DNA of 64,000 nucleotides, from IMG/VR virus record IMGVR_UViG_3300037804_000366, one strand, 5' to 3'. The notes under the pieces were generated by a model. It was not told the DNA's origin and did no database searches. It was given only the letters and a program-made list of their open reading frames with translations. This document shows, piece after piece, positions 18,054-27,541 of the stretch. How positions within the stretch are numbered: the stretch's first letter is position 1; each line of letters opens with the position of its first letter. The position numbers were made by a program, and so were the translations under genes. Source of the DNA: an uncultured virus (IMG/VR IMGVR_UViG_3300037804_000366). Lineage: Duplodnaviria; Heunggongvirae; Uroviricota; Caudoviricetes.

Positions 18054-18443
18054 ATGAACCACTTAATACAGCTAGAAGAAAAGCTCGACGAGGTTGAGTT
18101 CGGCATTGCTAGGTCGTTCCGAAAAATAAATAGCGAGCTTAAGTCGGGCAAGCGCAAAGATTTGGCCCAAACTGTTAAAGATAGGCACGAATCCCTCCGA
18201 CACAGGACTCGCAGGAAAAAGCACTTACAGGGCAAGCCAACGGCTGTATCTAAAAGAGAAGGTGGACTCCAAATGGCCGCCTTAAAATCCAACCCCCAAG
18301 TATGGCGACAGTTTCGTAATGCACCCAAAGATGTACAAGACGACATATTAAAGAAGATGACTACAGCCATCGGTAACCAACGGTTTGTCAATAAAGGATA
18401 TAAATATCCGAAGGCTCCCACCCGTCGTCCAGACATAACATGA
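18054..18443 (+). CDS. Basic EF-tag family protein
   Basis: MNHLIQLEEKLDEVEF-GIAR. Confidence 0.75.
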   Translation: MNHLIQLEEKLDEVEFGIARSFRKINSELKSGKRKDLAQTVKDRHESLRHRTRRKKHLQGKPTAVSKREGGLQMAALKSNPQVWRQFRNAPKDVQDDILKKMTTAIGNQRFVNKGYKYPKAPTRRPDIT

Positions 18444-19078
18444 ATCATTTAATACAGCTAGAGGAGAAGCTCGATTCGATTGAGTTTTCGATGTCGCGTG
18501 AGATCAACAGAAATCTTCCGGCTATATTGCGAGGTCTGCCCGTAGTTCATCGAAGAGACGGTAGTGACATACGATTATATGGGGAGGGCTTGCGTTCTAT
18601 TTTTGAAAAAGCGTTGAAGCGGAAGAAACCGGCACTCGGCGCACCACTCGGCCCGCCCGCCCGAAGAAAACCTCGCAAAACCTCAAGAAAAGAGGATAAC
18701 CCACCGGTTCGCAAATCTAAGCGCGATAAGAATGTAAATTACCATGATGGAAGCGATCGGAGGATTGATCGGCTTGGCTCTCGCGGGCATCGAAAGGGTT
18801 ACGTGAAGAAAAAGCATGATCGAAAAACGATCCGAAAAGAGCATTTAGAGGCGACTTTAGATGAAGCGATCGAGTTTCAGGAACAACAAGGTGGGGGCGT
18901 AGATCCTGCGGTCATTCAACAAGTCGTGAATGATGCCCAAAGCATGGGGCATGAAGGGGAAACAAGAGTAGCTATTTCCCAGCAATTGTTTCAAAAGCTC
19001 AATTTAGCACTACAAGAGTTCTACGCGAACAAGAATCAAGTTGATGGACAGATAGTTCAGCAAGCCCTTAAGCAATGA
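18440..19078 (+). CDS. EF-tag family protein (two modules)
   Basis: MNHLIQLEEKLDSIEF; LEATLDEAIEF. Confidence 0.75.
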   Translation: MNHLIQLEEKLDSIEFSMSREINRNLPAILRGLPVVHRRDGSDIRLYGEGLRSIFEKALKRKKPALGAPLGPPARRKPRKTSRKEDNPPVRKSKRDKNVNYHDGSDRRIDRLGSRGHRKGYVKKKHDRKTIRKEHLEATLDEAIEFQEQQGGGVDPAVIQQVVNDAQSMGHEGETRVAISQQLFQKLNLALQEFYANKNQVDGQIVQQALKQ

Positions 19079-19446
19079 GCAAACAACCAGCGAAGCCGGG
19101 GGGCGTAGCAGTACCGGCCGCACTAATAGCTGCGGCTCTTGGTACAATGCTGGTTACTGGTACTTTAGGGAGTAGTATACGAAAAAGGAAGAAAGAAAAA
19201 AGGAATCACGATCTATCAAAAAGGATATTGATGTCCGAATACCCAAACCTAGCGCCATACCTTATCATGCTTGACATGAGGGAAGCGAAAAAATACAACT
19301 ATAGAAGTGAGAGAAAGAGCGCCCTACGAGTCTGTGGAAACTGCCAGCACTTTTTTGGTGGACAATGTAGGCAATTCGATATTAACGTACCAAATTCAGG
19401 AAAAACAAACATATGCGACGTTCATGAAATAAGATCGCGTAGTTGA
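19075..19446 (+). CDS. Membrane-anchored protein with 4-Cys HiPIP-like C-terminal motif
   Basis: Hydrophobic N-terminus; Y..CGNCQHF....CRQF...V......C. Confidence 0.5.
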   Translation: MSKQPAKPGGVAVPAALIAAALGTMLVTGTLGSSIRKRKKEKRNHDLSKRILMSEYPNLAPYLIMLDMREAKKYNYRSERKSALRVCGNCQHFFGGQCRQFDINVPNSGKTNICDVHEIRSRS

Positions 19447-19463
19447 CAACAAATTATATTATT

Positions 19464-21158
19464 ATGACAGCACCTATCAATATTGAGAAGATATTTCCTA
19501 GTTTCGAGCTTTTGACGGCTGGTACTAATCCAGACGCCGACACCGGAGCTGACGAAACAAACGCCAGCCTAGACCCGACGCAAGGGGCGGGTACGGCTAC
19601 TTTAGCATCAGGAGCGGTAAGTGCCGTTGGTGTAGATAATGCTGGGACTTTTTATACGACTTCTCCAGTAGTTACATTAAGCGCGCCGGCTGGTGGAGCT
19701 TCCGTAGCTCAAGTAAACTCAAGCGTGGCAATCACGGTTACCGGCACACCCGTCAATGGCAAGAAGCTTTCCGTTGACGGGACTGACATTACATTTGGAG
19801 ACGTCGCAACTGGTGGTAATGTTTTAACCGATATCGTTGGAACGAGTGCGGTTCTTGAAGACACCGCAACAGGGACGATTTCGATTGCCGCATCTCCCAA
19901 TTCACTTCTCGCTGGTGTGTCAATTACCATTGATGGCGTTACGTTTGAAGAAGGCGGATCGAATGGGGGTGGAACTGATTGGGGAAGGAATGGCACTAAT
20001 GCTGATGCCGCGACAGCCTTAGCCGCGGCTATTGACGCACAAGCCAATTATATTGCTTCAGCCGTGGGGTCTGATATTACCGTAACCTATGCTTCCGCAG
20101 GGTCTGCTGGAAATGTAGCTATAACTTATAGTTCTGGTTACACTACGGGTTCGGCGGCGCTTGCAGGAGGACAGGATGCAGTAGCCGCCGGAGATGAAAA
20201 AGACGATCTGGCCGCTTCTATCGCTCAATACATTCGTGCAACAGGTGGCGGGTTGGCTAACTTTAGCGCTGAAGCCGCATCGAACATCGTTACTATTTCT
20301 TACACCGGATCCAATGGCACTGATCCAGCGTCACCTGTAGGTGACACGAAGAGCGTTACTACGGACGCCGCGGCCATTACCGGCGCTGGATCACTCATAT
20401 CTGGAGCGGTTGAGTTCCGCACCGCAACTGCAACTGCCACGCTTTTTGCAGAGACTGACGCCACAAATCGTGGAACTATTGAAACCATTTCCGTGGTTGA
20501 TGCAGGTAGTGGGTATTCAGGAGCGCCAACAGTTACTATTCCAGTCGCACATGGTAATGTGATCGAAAAGATTGGTAAGCTTGGAGCTGACATGGTATCT
20601 GGAGGCGGAAGTTTTGATTACGCCAAAGATTATATCGCTATCGCTCTTGAAGACTTTAACATCAACAACGCGCAAGGCGTTTTGAAAAATCCTCTTTCTT
20701 CCAGCGAAGCAAGCGAGAATAGCGGAGACTATCGCAAGTTGGTATATCACATACTTCGTACGGTTGAAACCTATCTTTCCGAGCAGGAATCCGTAGCAAG
20801 TGTTGCCGTAAGCACAGCCGGAACTTTATATGATGCCGCAGACACGGTTGCAATAACCGGTGGTGGAGGATCTGGAGCTACCGCAACCCTTACTGTAGAT
20901 GGCGGAACGGGTGCGATCACCGGCGTTACCGTGGACACTCCCGGTTCTGGATATACATCCACACCGAGTGCTGTTATTACTACGAGTACTGGATCGAGTG
21001 CCGTTCTTGACGTCACCCTCTCCACTAACGTTCCGGCTAAGTTTACTTGCTCAAAAGGCTTTCTTTCTGAGAATACCGCAACCGATGAAGTTTCACGTGA
21101 CTATACTACTAGCTTCACGTTTGACGAGTCGGGTCTGGAAATGTCTGCAGAATCTTAA
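19464..21158 (+). CDS. Ala/Gly/Thr-rich virion structural protein (decoration/fibre-like)
   Basis: Repeated GSGYxxxPxV beta-sandwich motifs; own TTGACA element and terminator. Confidence 0.65.
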   Translation: MTAPINIEKIFPSFELLTAGTNPDADTGADETNASLDPTQGAGTATLASGAVSAVGVDNAGTFYTTSPVVTLSAPAGGASVAQVNSSVAITVTGTPVNGKKLSVDGTDITFGDVATGGNVLTDIVGTSAVLEDTATGTISIAASPNSLLAGVSITIDGVTFEEGGSNGGGTDWGRNGTNADAATALAAAIDAQANYIASAVGSDITVTYASAGSAGNVAITYSSGYTTGSAALAGGQDAVAAGDEKDDLAASIAQYIRATGGGLANFSAEAASNIVTISYTGSNGTDPASPVGDTKSVTTDAAAITGAGSLISGAVEFRTATATATLFAETDATNRGTIETISVVDAGSGYSGAPTVTIPVAHGNVIEKIGKLGADMVSGGGSFDYAKDYIAIALEDFNINNAQGVLKNPLSSSEASENSGDYRKLVYHILRTVETYLSEQESVASVAVSTAGTLYDAADTVAITGGGGSGATATLTVDGGTGAITGVTVDTPGSGYTSTPSAVITTSTGSSAVLDVTLSTNVPAKFTCSKGFLSENTATDEVSRDYTTSFTFDESGLEMSAES

Positions 21159-21201
21159 TTTGGTTATACTCATTGTTGTATTATTCTTGATCATAGAAAA
21201 T

Positions 21202-21238
21202 AGGGGGCGAGGGTTTGGGGTAGCTCTCGCCCCTTTTC
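21202..21238 (+). terminator. Intrinsic terminator
   Basis: AGGGGGCGAG...CTCGCCCCTTTT. Confidence 0.65.
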
Positions 21239-21248
21239 TATTAACAAT

Positions 21249-21428
21249 ATGAAACAAAACAAAGACACGGTTCACACGCTCTGCTGCGGTAAGAATAAGT
21301 GCCCGCAGGTAACTATTGATAAGAAGACTGGTGACGCGAAGCTTACGGATGATTTTGGTGGTAAGGTCATTCTTGAAAAAGTACAGTTCGACCTATTGAA
21401 GAAAAAAATAAAGGATGGAAGTATCTAA
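21249..21428 (+). CDS. Small Cys-containing protein (59 aa, not in ORF track)
   Basis: MKQNKDTVHTLCCGKNKCPQVTIDKKTGDAKLTDDFGGKV... Confidence 0.6.
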   Translation: MKQNKDTVHTLCCGKNKCPQVTIDKKTGDAKLTDDFGGKVILEKVQFDLLKKKIKDGSI

Positions 21429-21669
21429 TGTATTGGCTGGAGTAGGGCTAACGATCCTTTTCGTCTATGCTACTCCGCTTAGGCCATTACGTAGTTTACT
21501 ATCCTTTTCCAAGTTCACTAAAGAACTCGTAACCTGCACCCTTTGCGTTGGCTTTTGGGTAGGAGTTGGGCTTTCCATAATACATATGGAGTGGACATAT
21601 GCTCCAATAGTACCAATAGTAGCGTGGATGTACGACGCTATACACGGAAGGCTAATAGGTGAATACTAG
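21415..21669 (+). CDS. DUF1360-like small membrane protein
   Basis: ELVTCTLCVGFWVG motif between TM segments. Confidence 0.6.
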   Translation: MEVSNVLAGVGLTILFVYATPLRPLRSLLSFSKFTKELVTCTLCVGFWVGVGLSIIHMEWTYAPIVPIVAWMYDAIHGRLIGEY

Positions 21670-22081
21670 AGAAAGATTAAACAAATCCCTGCGGTTAATG
21701 GAGTTTTCTAGAACTTCTGGTAATTACGGGAGAAATAAGAGCGATGGCCCAATGCAACAGGCCGCGCTCAACTTAAAGCGGGAAAAGGCGGAGCTTGCCG
21801 AACTTGAGGAAGCTCTGGCGAACACTCACAGCAAAATGAAGTCAAGAATCGCAGGCCTGAAAGATGCGATTAAAAAGAAAAAAGCCCGCATCAAGATATA
21901 CCAAGATGCCTACGACAAGCTTGAAGAAAAAGAAAAGAACAAGAACCAATCGCGCCACAACCGAGAAAGGCTTAGTAAGGTATTTAATGATGACGACTGG
22001 ACGAGCTGGGGCAGAATGAGTGGAGCGCCTATGGGTAAACAAGTTATGGTCACATACGTTCCTCCGGGATATTTTACGTGA
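21659..22081 (+). CDS. EF-tag family coiled-coil protein
   Basis: RLNKSLRLMEF. Confidence 0.6.
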   Translation: MNTRERLNKSLRLMEFSRTSGNYGRNKSDGPMQQAALNLKREKAELAELEEALANTHSKMKSRIAGLKDAIKKKKARIKIYQDAYDKLEEKEKNKNQSRHNRERLSKVFNDDDWTSWGRMSGAPMGKQVMVTYVPPGYFT

Positions 22082-22998
22082 TGGCTGTTGGAACTAACAA
22101 TCTGAATCCCGAAATAACGGGAGAAATCATCATTGGAGGCGGGCTGGGCAAAGCCGCATCCAAGGGGTTTCAGTCTGCGGGCAGTACAAAAAAAACTTTT
22201 GGTTTAGACAGTAATAACCCCAATAGTTTAAAAAAAATTTCAAAAGCAGAACAAGCAACTAAAATTGCACAACCCGATCGCGCAAACTATAAAGGTCCGC
22301 GGGGAGTCCCGCAAAATTACACTAACAGCAATGGCAGGGACGGCCACAAGCTGGGACAATTACCCCCGGACACTAGTCGAAAAAGACGCGCGGCCCAAAA
22401 TGCGCTAAATGAAGGTCGTACAGGGGAGGCACAGGGGCATTTAGCTAACCTTGCCTTTCTTCAAAAGCCTCCGCGAGTATCTTCCGAAACAATAATACCG
22501 AGCGAATATATGCCTCCCGCTGGTTCAGAAGTTATCGATGCAGCGACTGGTCATCGAATGAAAAACATTGATGAACAGCAAACGTCTGTCGCGGCGAGTA
22601 CTGTAGCTAAAGATAGAGCTGAACAAGAAGAAAAGAAGGCAAGTAAAAAAGAAGATTTTGAAAGAACAAAAGAACGTCTTGACTTTCAATATGCGCAATA
22701 CAAAGAGAAAAAAGCAGAACACGATGCTTACAAGGAAGAATACAACGAGTACATAACGCGAACACACGAATGTGGCCAAAGTTTTGGCGGGCAGTACGCG
22801 CATTCAGACGCATGCAGGGTAGAGCTTCCAAAAATGAGAAATGCGGTAAGTCGTAACAAGGGTAAATTGAGAAAAGCAATGAATGAAAAATACAACGCGA
22901 TCACCGGCGTCAATAAAGAGATTGGTAGATTGGGCCAGCCAGACATGGCGGATTTTGGTGGCAAATCGCATTGGCAGACATTGTATCCCACAACATAA
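22078..22998 (+). CDS. Hypothetical protein
   Basis: 306-aa ORF, coupled overlaps. Confidence 0.65.
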   Translation: MMAVGTNNLNPEITGEIIIGGGLGKAASKGFQSAGSTKKTFGLDSNNPNSLKKISKAEQATKIAQPDRANYKGPRGVPQNYTNSNGRDGHKLGQLPPDTSRKRRAAQNALNEGRTGEAQGHLANLAFLQKPPRVSSETIIPSEYMPPAGSEVIDAATGHRMKNIDEQQTSVAASTVAKDRAEQEEKKASKKEDFERTKERLDFQYAQYKEKKAEHDAYKEEYNEYITRTHECGQSFGGQYAHSDACRVELPKMRNAVSRNKGKLRKAMNEKYNAITGVNKEIGRLGQPDMADFGGKSHWQTLYPTT

Positions 22999-24113
22999 TG
23001 TACCTATTCAAAGAAGTCGAAAGTTCGGAAGATTCAAACTATTTCAAAAAATGGGATTGTTGGCACATTGATAGTGTAAACTTTCGTGAACATGAATCCG
23101 CAATTGATGCGGCAGGCTTTACAACTACACTTCCAGAACAGTCACGATATTTAACACTTTATGAAGAGTGGTTGCGGAACAACGCGAGTGATATTGTAGA
23201 AGTTAGAGAAAAAAATGGCTTATGTACATACAGAAACACATTACATAAAGACAATTCTTTATCGTTCATGCCCTACTGCGTTCCGGTAAATAGGAAACAA
23301 GAACGTAGAAGGGTTAATGTCAATATAGGAAGGGATGCCATCACGAAGGAGAAAATTCTTCCGATAGTCGTGCAAAGAACAGATGCGATAACACAAACTA
23401 CTGGAGAGATTGTTAGTGAATTCGGAGAGCTACAGGGAGATGATCTAATCCTAAACGCAACTAACAATCGTTGGGGTTGGGATACCGCGCGCGATGGGTA
23501 TTTAGTAGGGGATAATGTACATGGAGGTACAATTATAGAATACCTCACGTCTCCATTCACGATGGTATTTAGCGATTTTCATGACTACGACACTCCGCAA
23601 GCGGGCGTTGGCGTGACCACGCAAAAATGTGGCCAAAACGTAAAAATACCAACAAATGCGGTAATACACTCAGGAATTACGATAGACGGCCGAGTATATT
23701 GGCAAACTTCAAAAAACTTTCGTCCTCTTCTGGAGGAAGATTTTATTTACGATTTTAGGCAAGAAATCGTATATATCCATAAAAATGGCGCGGCAGAGCC
23801 TTACTCGCAAATGAGCCTTAAGGTGTTTGAGGGGATGACCACATACATCTGTATGGATGACGACTTAGAACCCACTTATGGATTGAGGTATGGAATAGTT
23901 GATAGAATGACACATGATGCATTATCTAAAGTGTCTGACGACATACTATCCAAATTTACAAAGATGGAAAGCATAAGTGGAAGTGTATATTACAAGCTTA
24001 CGGGTAGTCTTAATGCTCAGGAGCAAAAAGAATTTATACTATTGACGGATCAAATGATGGACGACATATCAGAAAGCGAAGGCGAGTGGGCGATTAGTAT
24101 GTCTACGTTCTAG
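22998..24113 (+). CDS. Hypothetical protein
   Basis: TAATG coupling suggests ATG 22998. Confidence 0.65.
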   Translation: MYLFKEVESSEDSNYFKKWDCWHIDSVNFREHESAIDAAGFTTTLPEQSRYLTLYEEWLRNNASDIVEVREKNGLCTYRNTLHKDNSLSFMPYCVPVNRKQERRRVNVNIGRDAITKEKILPIVVQRTDAITQTTGEIVSEFGELQGDDLILNATNNRWGWDTARDGYLVGDNVHGGTIIEYLTSPFTMVFSDFHDYDTPQAGVGVTTQKCGQNVKIPTNAVIHSGITIDGRVYWQTSKNFRPLLEEDFIYDFRQEIVYIHKNGAAEPYSQMSLKVFEGMTTYICMDDDLEPTYGLRYGIVDRMTHDALSKVSDDILSKFTKMESISGSVYYKLTGSLNAQEQKEFILLTDQMMDDISESEGEWAISMSTF

Positions 24114-24139
24114 CCGTTATTTTTGGTAAAAGTGGCAAA

Positions 24140-24350
24140 TATGCAAGATCCTCGTGAAATTTTTATGTTTTTCGTGCTAATTGCATTTGCTACGATTGCA
24201 AGCGCAATCGTTATGCTTATGAGCGTAAGTTGCGCACACAATACGTCTCCGCAAAAATGCAATGGGGATGAAATACGCGTTCATGTATGCCCCAAAAAAG
24301 GACATGGACCATGTTACTTGTGTGACGCTGACGTTATTCATAATCCCTAA
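24140..24350 (+). CDS. Small membrane/lipoprotein-like Cys-rich protein
   Basis: Hydrophobic helix ending VSC; CPKKGHGPCYLC. Confidence 0.45.
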
Positions 24351-24780
24351 ATTCGCCTAGATCGGGAACATATGGGCGATCTGGACGGTCGAAGACAATG
24401 CCAGAAGACTCCATGCATTGCTTTACGACCTCCGCGAGATTGCGACGCTCACTCTCTTCTATTTCTTCGGATTCCGTACTCGGCCACGCAGGTCTGCGTG
24501 ATTTGATGCTTCCCTTTATGTGGCGAACTTCCGTGGCAATACTGAAGGCAAGTGTCGTTTCCTCATCTGGGCGTTTTGCGTATATTGAACACACAGGCGC
24601 GCAATTAGGGAATGCCCATTTTGACTCCTCGCATTCTGTGATAAAATCCCAATGCGAATGCTTTAATTTTTTGGAAATCCCAGACGCGGACGTTATGCCA
24701 TATCCGCAATCCTGATGAAGCTCGCCATTTTCTTCCCATTCCATTAGGTGCTTGCAATCATAGCAACATTCATAGCTCAT
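24334..24780 (-). CDS. Cys-rich hypothetical protein
   Basis: CCYDCKH...C...C...CAPVC. Confidence 0.6.
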   Translation of the reverse strand: MSYECCYDCKHLMEWEENGELHQDCGYGITSASGISKKLKHSHWDFITECEESKWAFPNCAPVCSIYAKRPDEETTLAFSIATEVRHIKGSIKSRRPAWPSTESEEIEESERRNLAEVVKQCMESSGIVFDRPDRPYVPDLGEFRDYE

Positions 24781-25054
24781 TTTTCAATCCTTTCACCACG
24801 GCATTACGCGCGACGTTACCCAAAGGTGAGCAACAGCCCGCTCCTGCGTATATTTCATTTTTTGATATTTTACCATCTTCCACGAGACCGCACGCGTATG
24901 CGCCCGGCGCGTCTCCACGCAAGAAATCGCATCCACCAGAAACCTTGGAGCCATGTGCGACTCCAAGGTAACAGGTGAACTTCTTGCAACAGAATCCCGA
25001 ACGCACGCAAGGGGATATGGGAATCCCATCGAGTACGCCCGGACTCGCGGGCAT
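24770..25054 (-). CDS. Cys-cluster (YkgJ/CxxCxxCC-like) protein
   Basis: CVRSGFCCKKFTC...CDFL...C...CCSP. Confidence 0.55.
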   Translation of the reverse strand: MPASPGVLDGIPISPCVRSGFCCKKFTCYLGVAHGSKVSGGCDFLRGDAPGAYACGLVEDGKISKNEIYAGAGCCSPLGNVARNAVVKGLKNEL

Positions 25055-25059
25055 GGACG

Positions 25060-25146
25060 TTATTTGTCTTTTCTTCTCCATACGCGTATCTCCTGTATTA
25101 CAATGTATACGAGTAGCCCTATGCAGGCGATTACTGTTTTACTCAT
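25060..25146 (-). CDS. 28-aa hydrophobic peptide (not in ORF track)
   Basis: MSKTVIACIGLLVYIVIQEIRVWRRKDK; ATGA overlap with upstream stop. Confidence 0.45.
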   Translation of the reverse strand: MSKTVIACIGLLVYIVIQEIRVWRRKDK

Positions 25147-25535
25147 GTGTATTCGTTGTCTTTCAGCCACTTTTCTACGTTCGTGCCCTTGGGAAGGAAG
25201 CCTTCGCCATCTGCGATAGTTGGCTCATCCACGTGTGTGTTACTGTATAGTTTATTATTGCATTCCATGCAGTATATACCATCATCATGTACAACGGCGA
25301 GCGTTACGTCTGAATCGCTGTATTCGGATTTATCCACTAACTCGCCATCTTCATCCTGCCTGCAGCATTGCGATATGTGTGGGCGTGGCGTAACCGTTAC
25401 CTTTGACGTTTTGGAATTTACGGCTTTCTCTATGACGTCACACGCCCAACGCACCTTGTCAGGGTGCGCGGGCGTGTGTTTGTTAAGAGAGCATTTAGCC
25501 GCATTTAGTACGATGTCTAATGCTACTTCAATCAT
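25143..25535 (-). CDS. Hypothetical protein with Zn-ribbon-like cysteines
   Basis: SQCC...YCMEC; ATGA overlap. Confidence 0.6.
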   Translation of the reverse strand: MIEVALDIVLNAAKCSLNKHTPAHPDKVRWACDVIEKAVNSKTSKVTVTPRPHISQCCRQDEDGELVDKSEYSDSDVTLAVVHDDGIYCMECNNKLYSNTHVDEPTIADGEGFLPKGTNVEKWLKDNEYT

Positions 25536-25834
25536 GTGCCTTGCCTTTTGTGCCACCTTAACGCTTCAAACGTAACATCCAAGTACAGCGTTACGGGTTC
25601 ATCCTCATCTATCATTTTCACAAGCCATTGCGTGCGCATGTGATCACCGTTGTGCACGAATGACAGCCCAAGTATGTGCGTGCCATCGGGGTCGATGTTT
25701 TTCTCAATCAGGGGCGTTTCGCATTGCCTGTTGAAGTTGTTTACTTCAGCATTCTTGCATAACGCGATGAAGCTATCAGAATCAACGTATTCATATTTCG
25801 CCTTAAGGGGCGGATATCCTTCTGGGTGCGCCAT
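25532..25834 (-). CDS. Hypothetical protein
   Basis: Start MAHPEG follows previous stop. Confidence 0.6.
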   Translation of the reverse strand: MAHPEGYPPLKAKYEYVDSDSFIALCKNAEVNNFNRQCETPLIEKNIDPDGTHILGLSFVHNGDHMRTQWLVKMIDEDEPVTLYLDVTFEALRWHKRQGT

Positions 25835-25835
25835 G

Positions 25836-26033
25836 TTATTTGCCCTCCTTTTGCTTACGACGCATGCGAGCGTGTACCTTGTCCGTGGCGTCCATTGGGC
25901 ATTCCGCGGATAGTATGACCTCCTTCTTGACTCCATCCTCGATGTACTTAACGACGTGTGGAACGTAGCGCATTGAGTCTGTTAGAGATGAGTTAGATTG
26001 CGCCGTGTAAGCGCATATTATTGAGTATTCCAT
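25836..26033 (-). CDS. Hypothetical protein
   Basis: Tiles operon; AATAACA leader. Confidence 0.55.
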   Translation of the reverse strand: MEYSIICAYTAQSNSSLTDSMRYVPHVVKYIEDGVKKEVILSAECPMDATDKVHARMRRKQKEGK

Positions 26034-26035
26034 TG

Positions 26036-26281
26036 TTATTTATCCTCCTTGTGTTCTATGTTCTTGTGCGCGCCCGTTGCTTGGTCGAGCAAGAATTGTG
26101 AGAATCCGCCTACAGAGTCATGTAGGAATTTCGTCACGTCTACCTGTGCATTCAGATTTGAGAAGTGAATCTCAATCATGCGCACGAGTGGACGCGAGTC
26201 CATTTTTCCGGATGCATCATTTGCGTTTATGTAATTGGTCACCTCCGTGGTGACCGCGTGTTTGAGTTGGTTTATATCCAT
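26036..26281 (-). CDS. Hypothetical protein
   Basis: Tiles operon; A/C-rich leader. Confidence 0.6.
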   Translation of the reverse strand: MDINQLKHAVTTEVTNYINANDASGKMDSRPLVRMIEIHFSNLNAQVDVTKFLHDSVGGFSQFLLDQATGAHKNIEHKEDK

Positions 26282-26347
26282 TGTATTTTGTGTTGTTGTA
26301 TTGCGTGTCGCGCCGAGCGCATTGACAGGGGAAGTTCACGAAGAAAG

Positions 26348-26443
26348 TGGTACACCTCTGGTCTTCGACCAGAGCTGTACCAGATGGATCGTGGTTTCGA
26401 CCCCCTACTACCCTGACTAAAGTCAGGGTAGCAGGGGTTTTTT
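26348..26443. promoter_or_regulatory. Intergenic double hairpin (terminator or structured RNA/DNA element)
   Basis: TGGTACAcCTCTGGTC-TTC-GACCAGAGcTGTACCA and CCCCTACTACCCTGACT-AA-AGTCAGGGTAGCAGGGG-TTTTTT. Confidence 0.6.
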
Positions 26444-26453
26444 CTGCGAAACA

Positions 26454-26963
26454 TCAGAACGGTTCCTTACGCGCCGGTATGCCATCGCGCTTGCGAAACT
26501 CGTCGAAGCATACGCCCATACGACCATAGGTGTTTAAGACTTCTTGCATAAGCAACGCGTGTTCCTCATCTACGACGTTTACGTGAGCGCAGTCTCCCCA
26601 GTCCCGAAACCAATATTGACAAGCTTTGCGACCCATTTTATCTGTCGCATTGTAGTCAAAGTAGTACATTCCTAGATCGTTTTCATACGTGAACACGTGG
26701 TCGTTAAAAGGAAACATGAACTCATCCGATGGACCACCCCATGAGAGTTGCCATCTGAAGCATGCATACTTGTTTCCTAATTCGCCCGATAATACGTAAT
26801 CGAGAGAGAGTGAGTAGTTTTTCAACTTATCATATTGCTCGTGGATTTCGTCGTCGCTTCCCGATCTGCACAGGTCTATGCGTACCATATCTCTAATTTC
26901 CGAAATGGTATTTGCGTAACGTGTGCATATTAGGTCGGCGCACTTCGCGTCACCCATTCGCAT
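26454..26963 (-). CDS. Hypothetical phage protein
   Basis: RWQLSWGGPSDEF...YWFRDWGD. Confidence 0.65.
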   Translation of the reverse strand: MRMGDAKCADLICTRYANTISEIRDMVRIDLCRSGSDDEIHEQYDKLKNYSLSLDYVLSGELGNKYACFRWQLSWGGPSDEFMFPFNDHVFTYENDLGMYYFDYNATDKMGRKACQYWFRDWGDCAHVNVVDEEHALLMQEVLNTYGRMGVCFDEFRKRDGIPARKEPF

Positions 26964-27537
26964 CCTCTCTTTCCTGTTTGGGTTCTACGTCGCATTCTTG
27001 CGCTCCCGTGACGGGGTCTCTTCCAGCGTGTACGTTCTTCAGCATGTTTATGAATTGGATGGTACGCGTTAAGCGTGATTCCAATTCTGCGTCTCTGCCC
27101 AGCCCGCCCGGATCCGTGTCAGGCGCATGATCAAGAGCCACGAGCCGCATACATAGCGACTCGTATACTGTCTCTATATGCTCACTCATCCGAGCAAACA
27201 CATTTGCGAAGTCCCGAAGGAGTGCAAACTCACGTTCGTGTTGCATTGACGCTATTGTCAGCTCATGCCTGCACTCACGTTCCTCTTCGGAGTCTCCACC
27301 GAACACGTTGCGCTTGCACATTTCAACAGCTACCTTGATATTTCGGAATGCGCGATCGGGGCGATTCTCTATGTCCGCATCTAAGTACGGCATTGAGAGA
27401 ATGCCTTTCAGCTCCTCACTTATCTGTGCGCCCGTGAAAGGCTCATGCGTGAATCCATCAGTCTCAATTTCAGATGATGGGTTGAATGGGGGTACGTTGT
27501 ATGCGTCCCCCGCTTTGTATGGGTCTGTATTTTTCAT
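26950..27537 (-). CDS. Hypothetical protein
   Basis: 195-aa ORF, ATAACACA leader. Confidence 0.6.
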   Translation of the reverse strand: MKNTDPYKAGDAYNVPPFNPSSEIETDGFTHEPFTGAQISEELKGILSMPYLDADIENRPDRAFRNIKVAVEMCKRNVFGGDSEEERECRHELTIASMQHEREFALLRDFANVFARMSEHIETVYESLCMRLVALDHAPDTDPGGLGRDAELESRLTRTIQFINMLKNVHAGRDPVTGAQECDVEPKQEREDANG

Positions 27538-27541
27538 TGTG

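Noticed and set aside
14081..18490. Dispersed repeats as a CRISPR array or integron attC sites
   Set aside because: Repeats are in-frame, vary at synonymous positions, lie 290-390 bp apart and are not palindromic; no cas or integrase genes
11180..19078. EF motif as RiPP/bacteriocin leader peptides
   Set aside because: No modifying enzyme or peptidase-ABC exporter; the motif also occurs in portal and scaffold, favouring the head-protease model (not formally excluded)
26340..26445. tRNA (GGTTTCGACC resembles a T-loop)
   Set aside because: No cloverleaf, acceptor stem or D-arm; two simple hairpins instead
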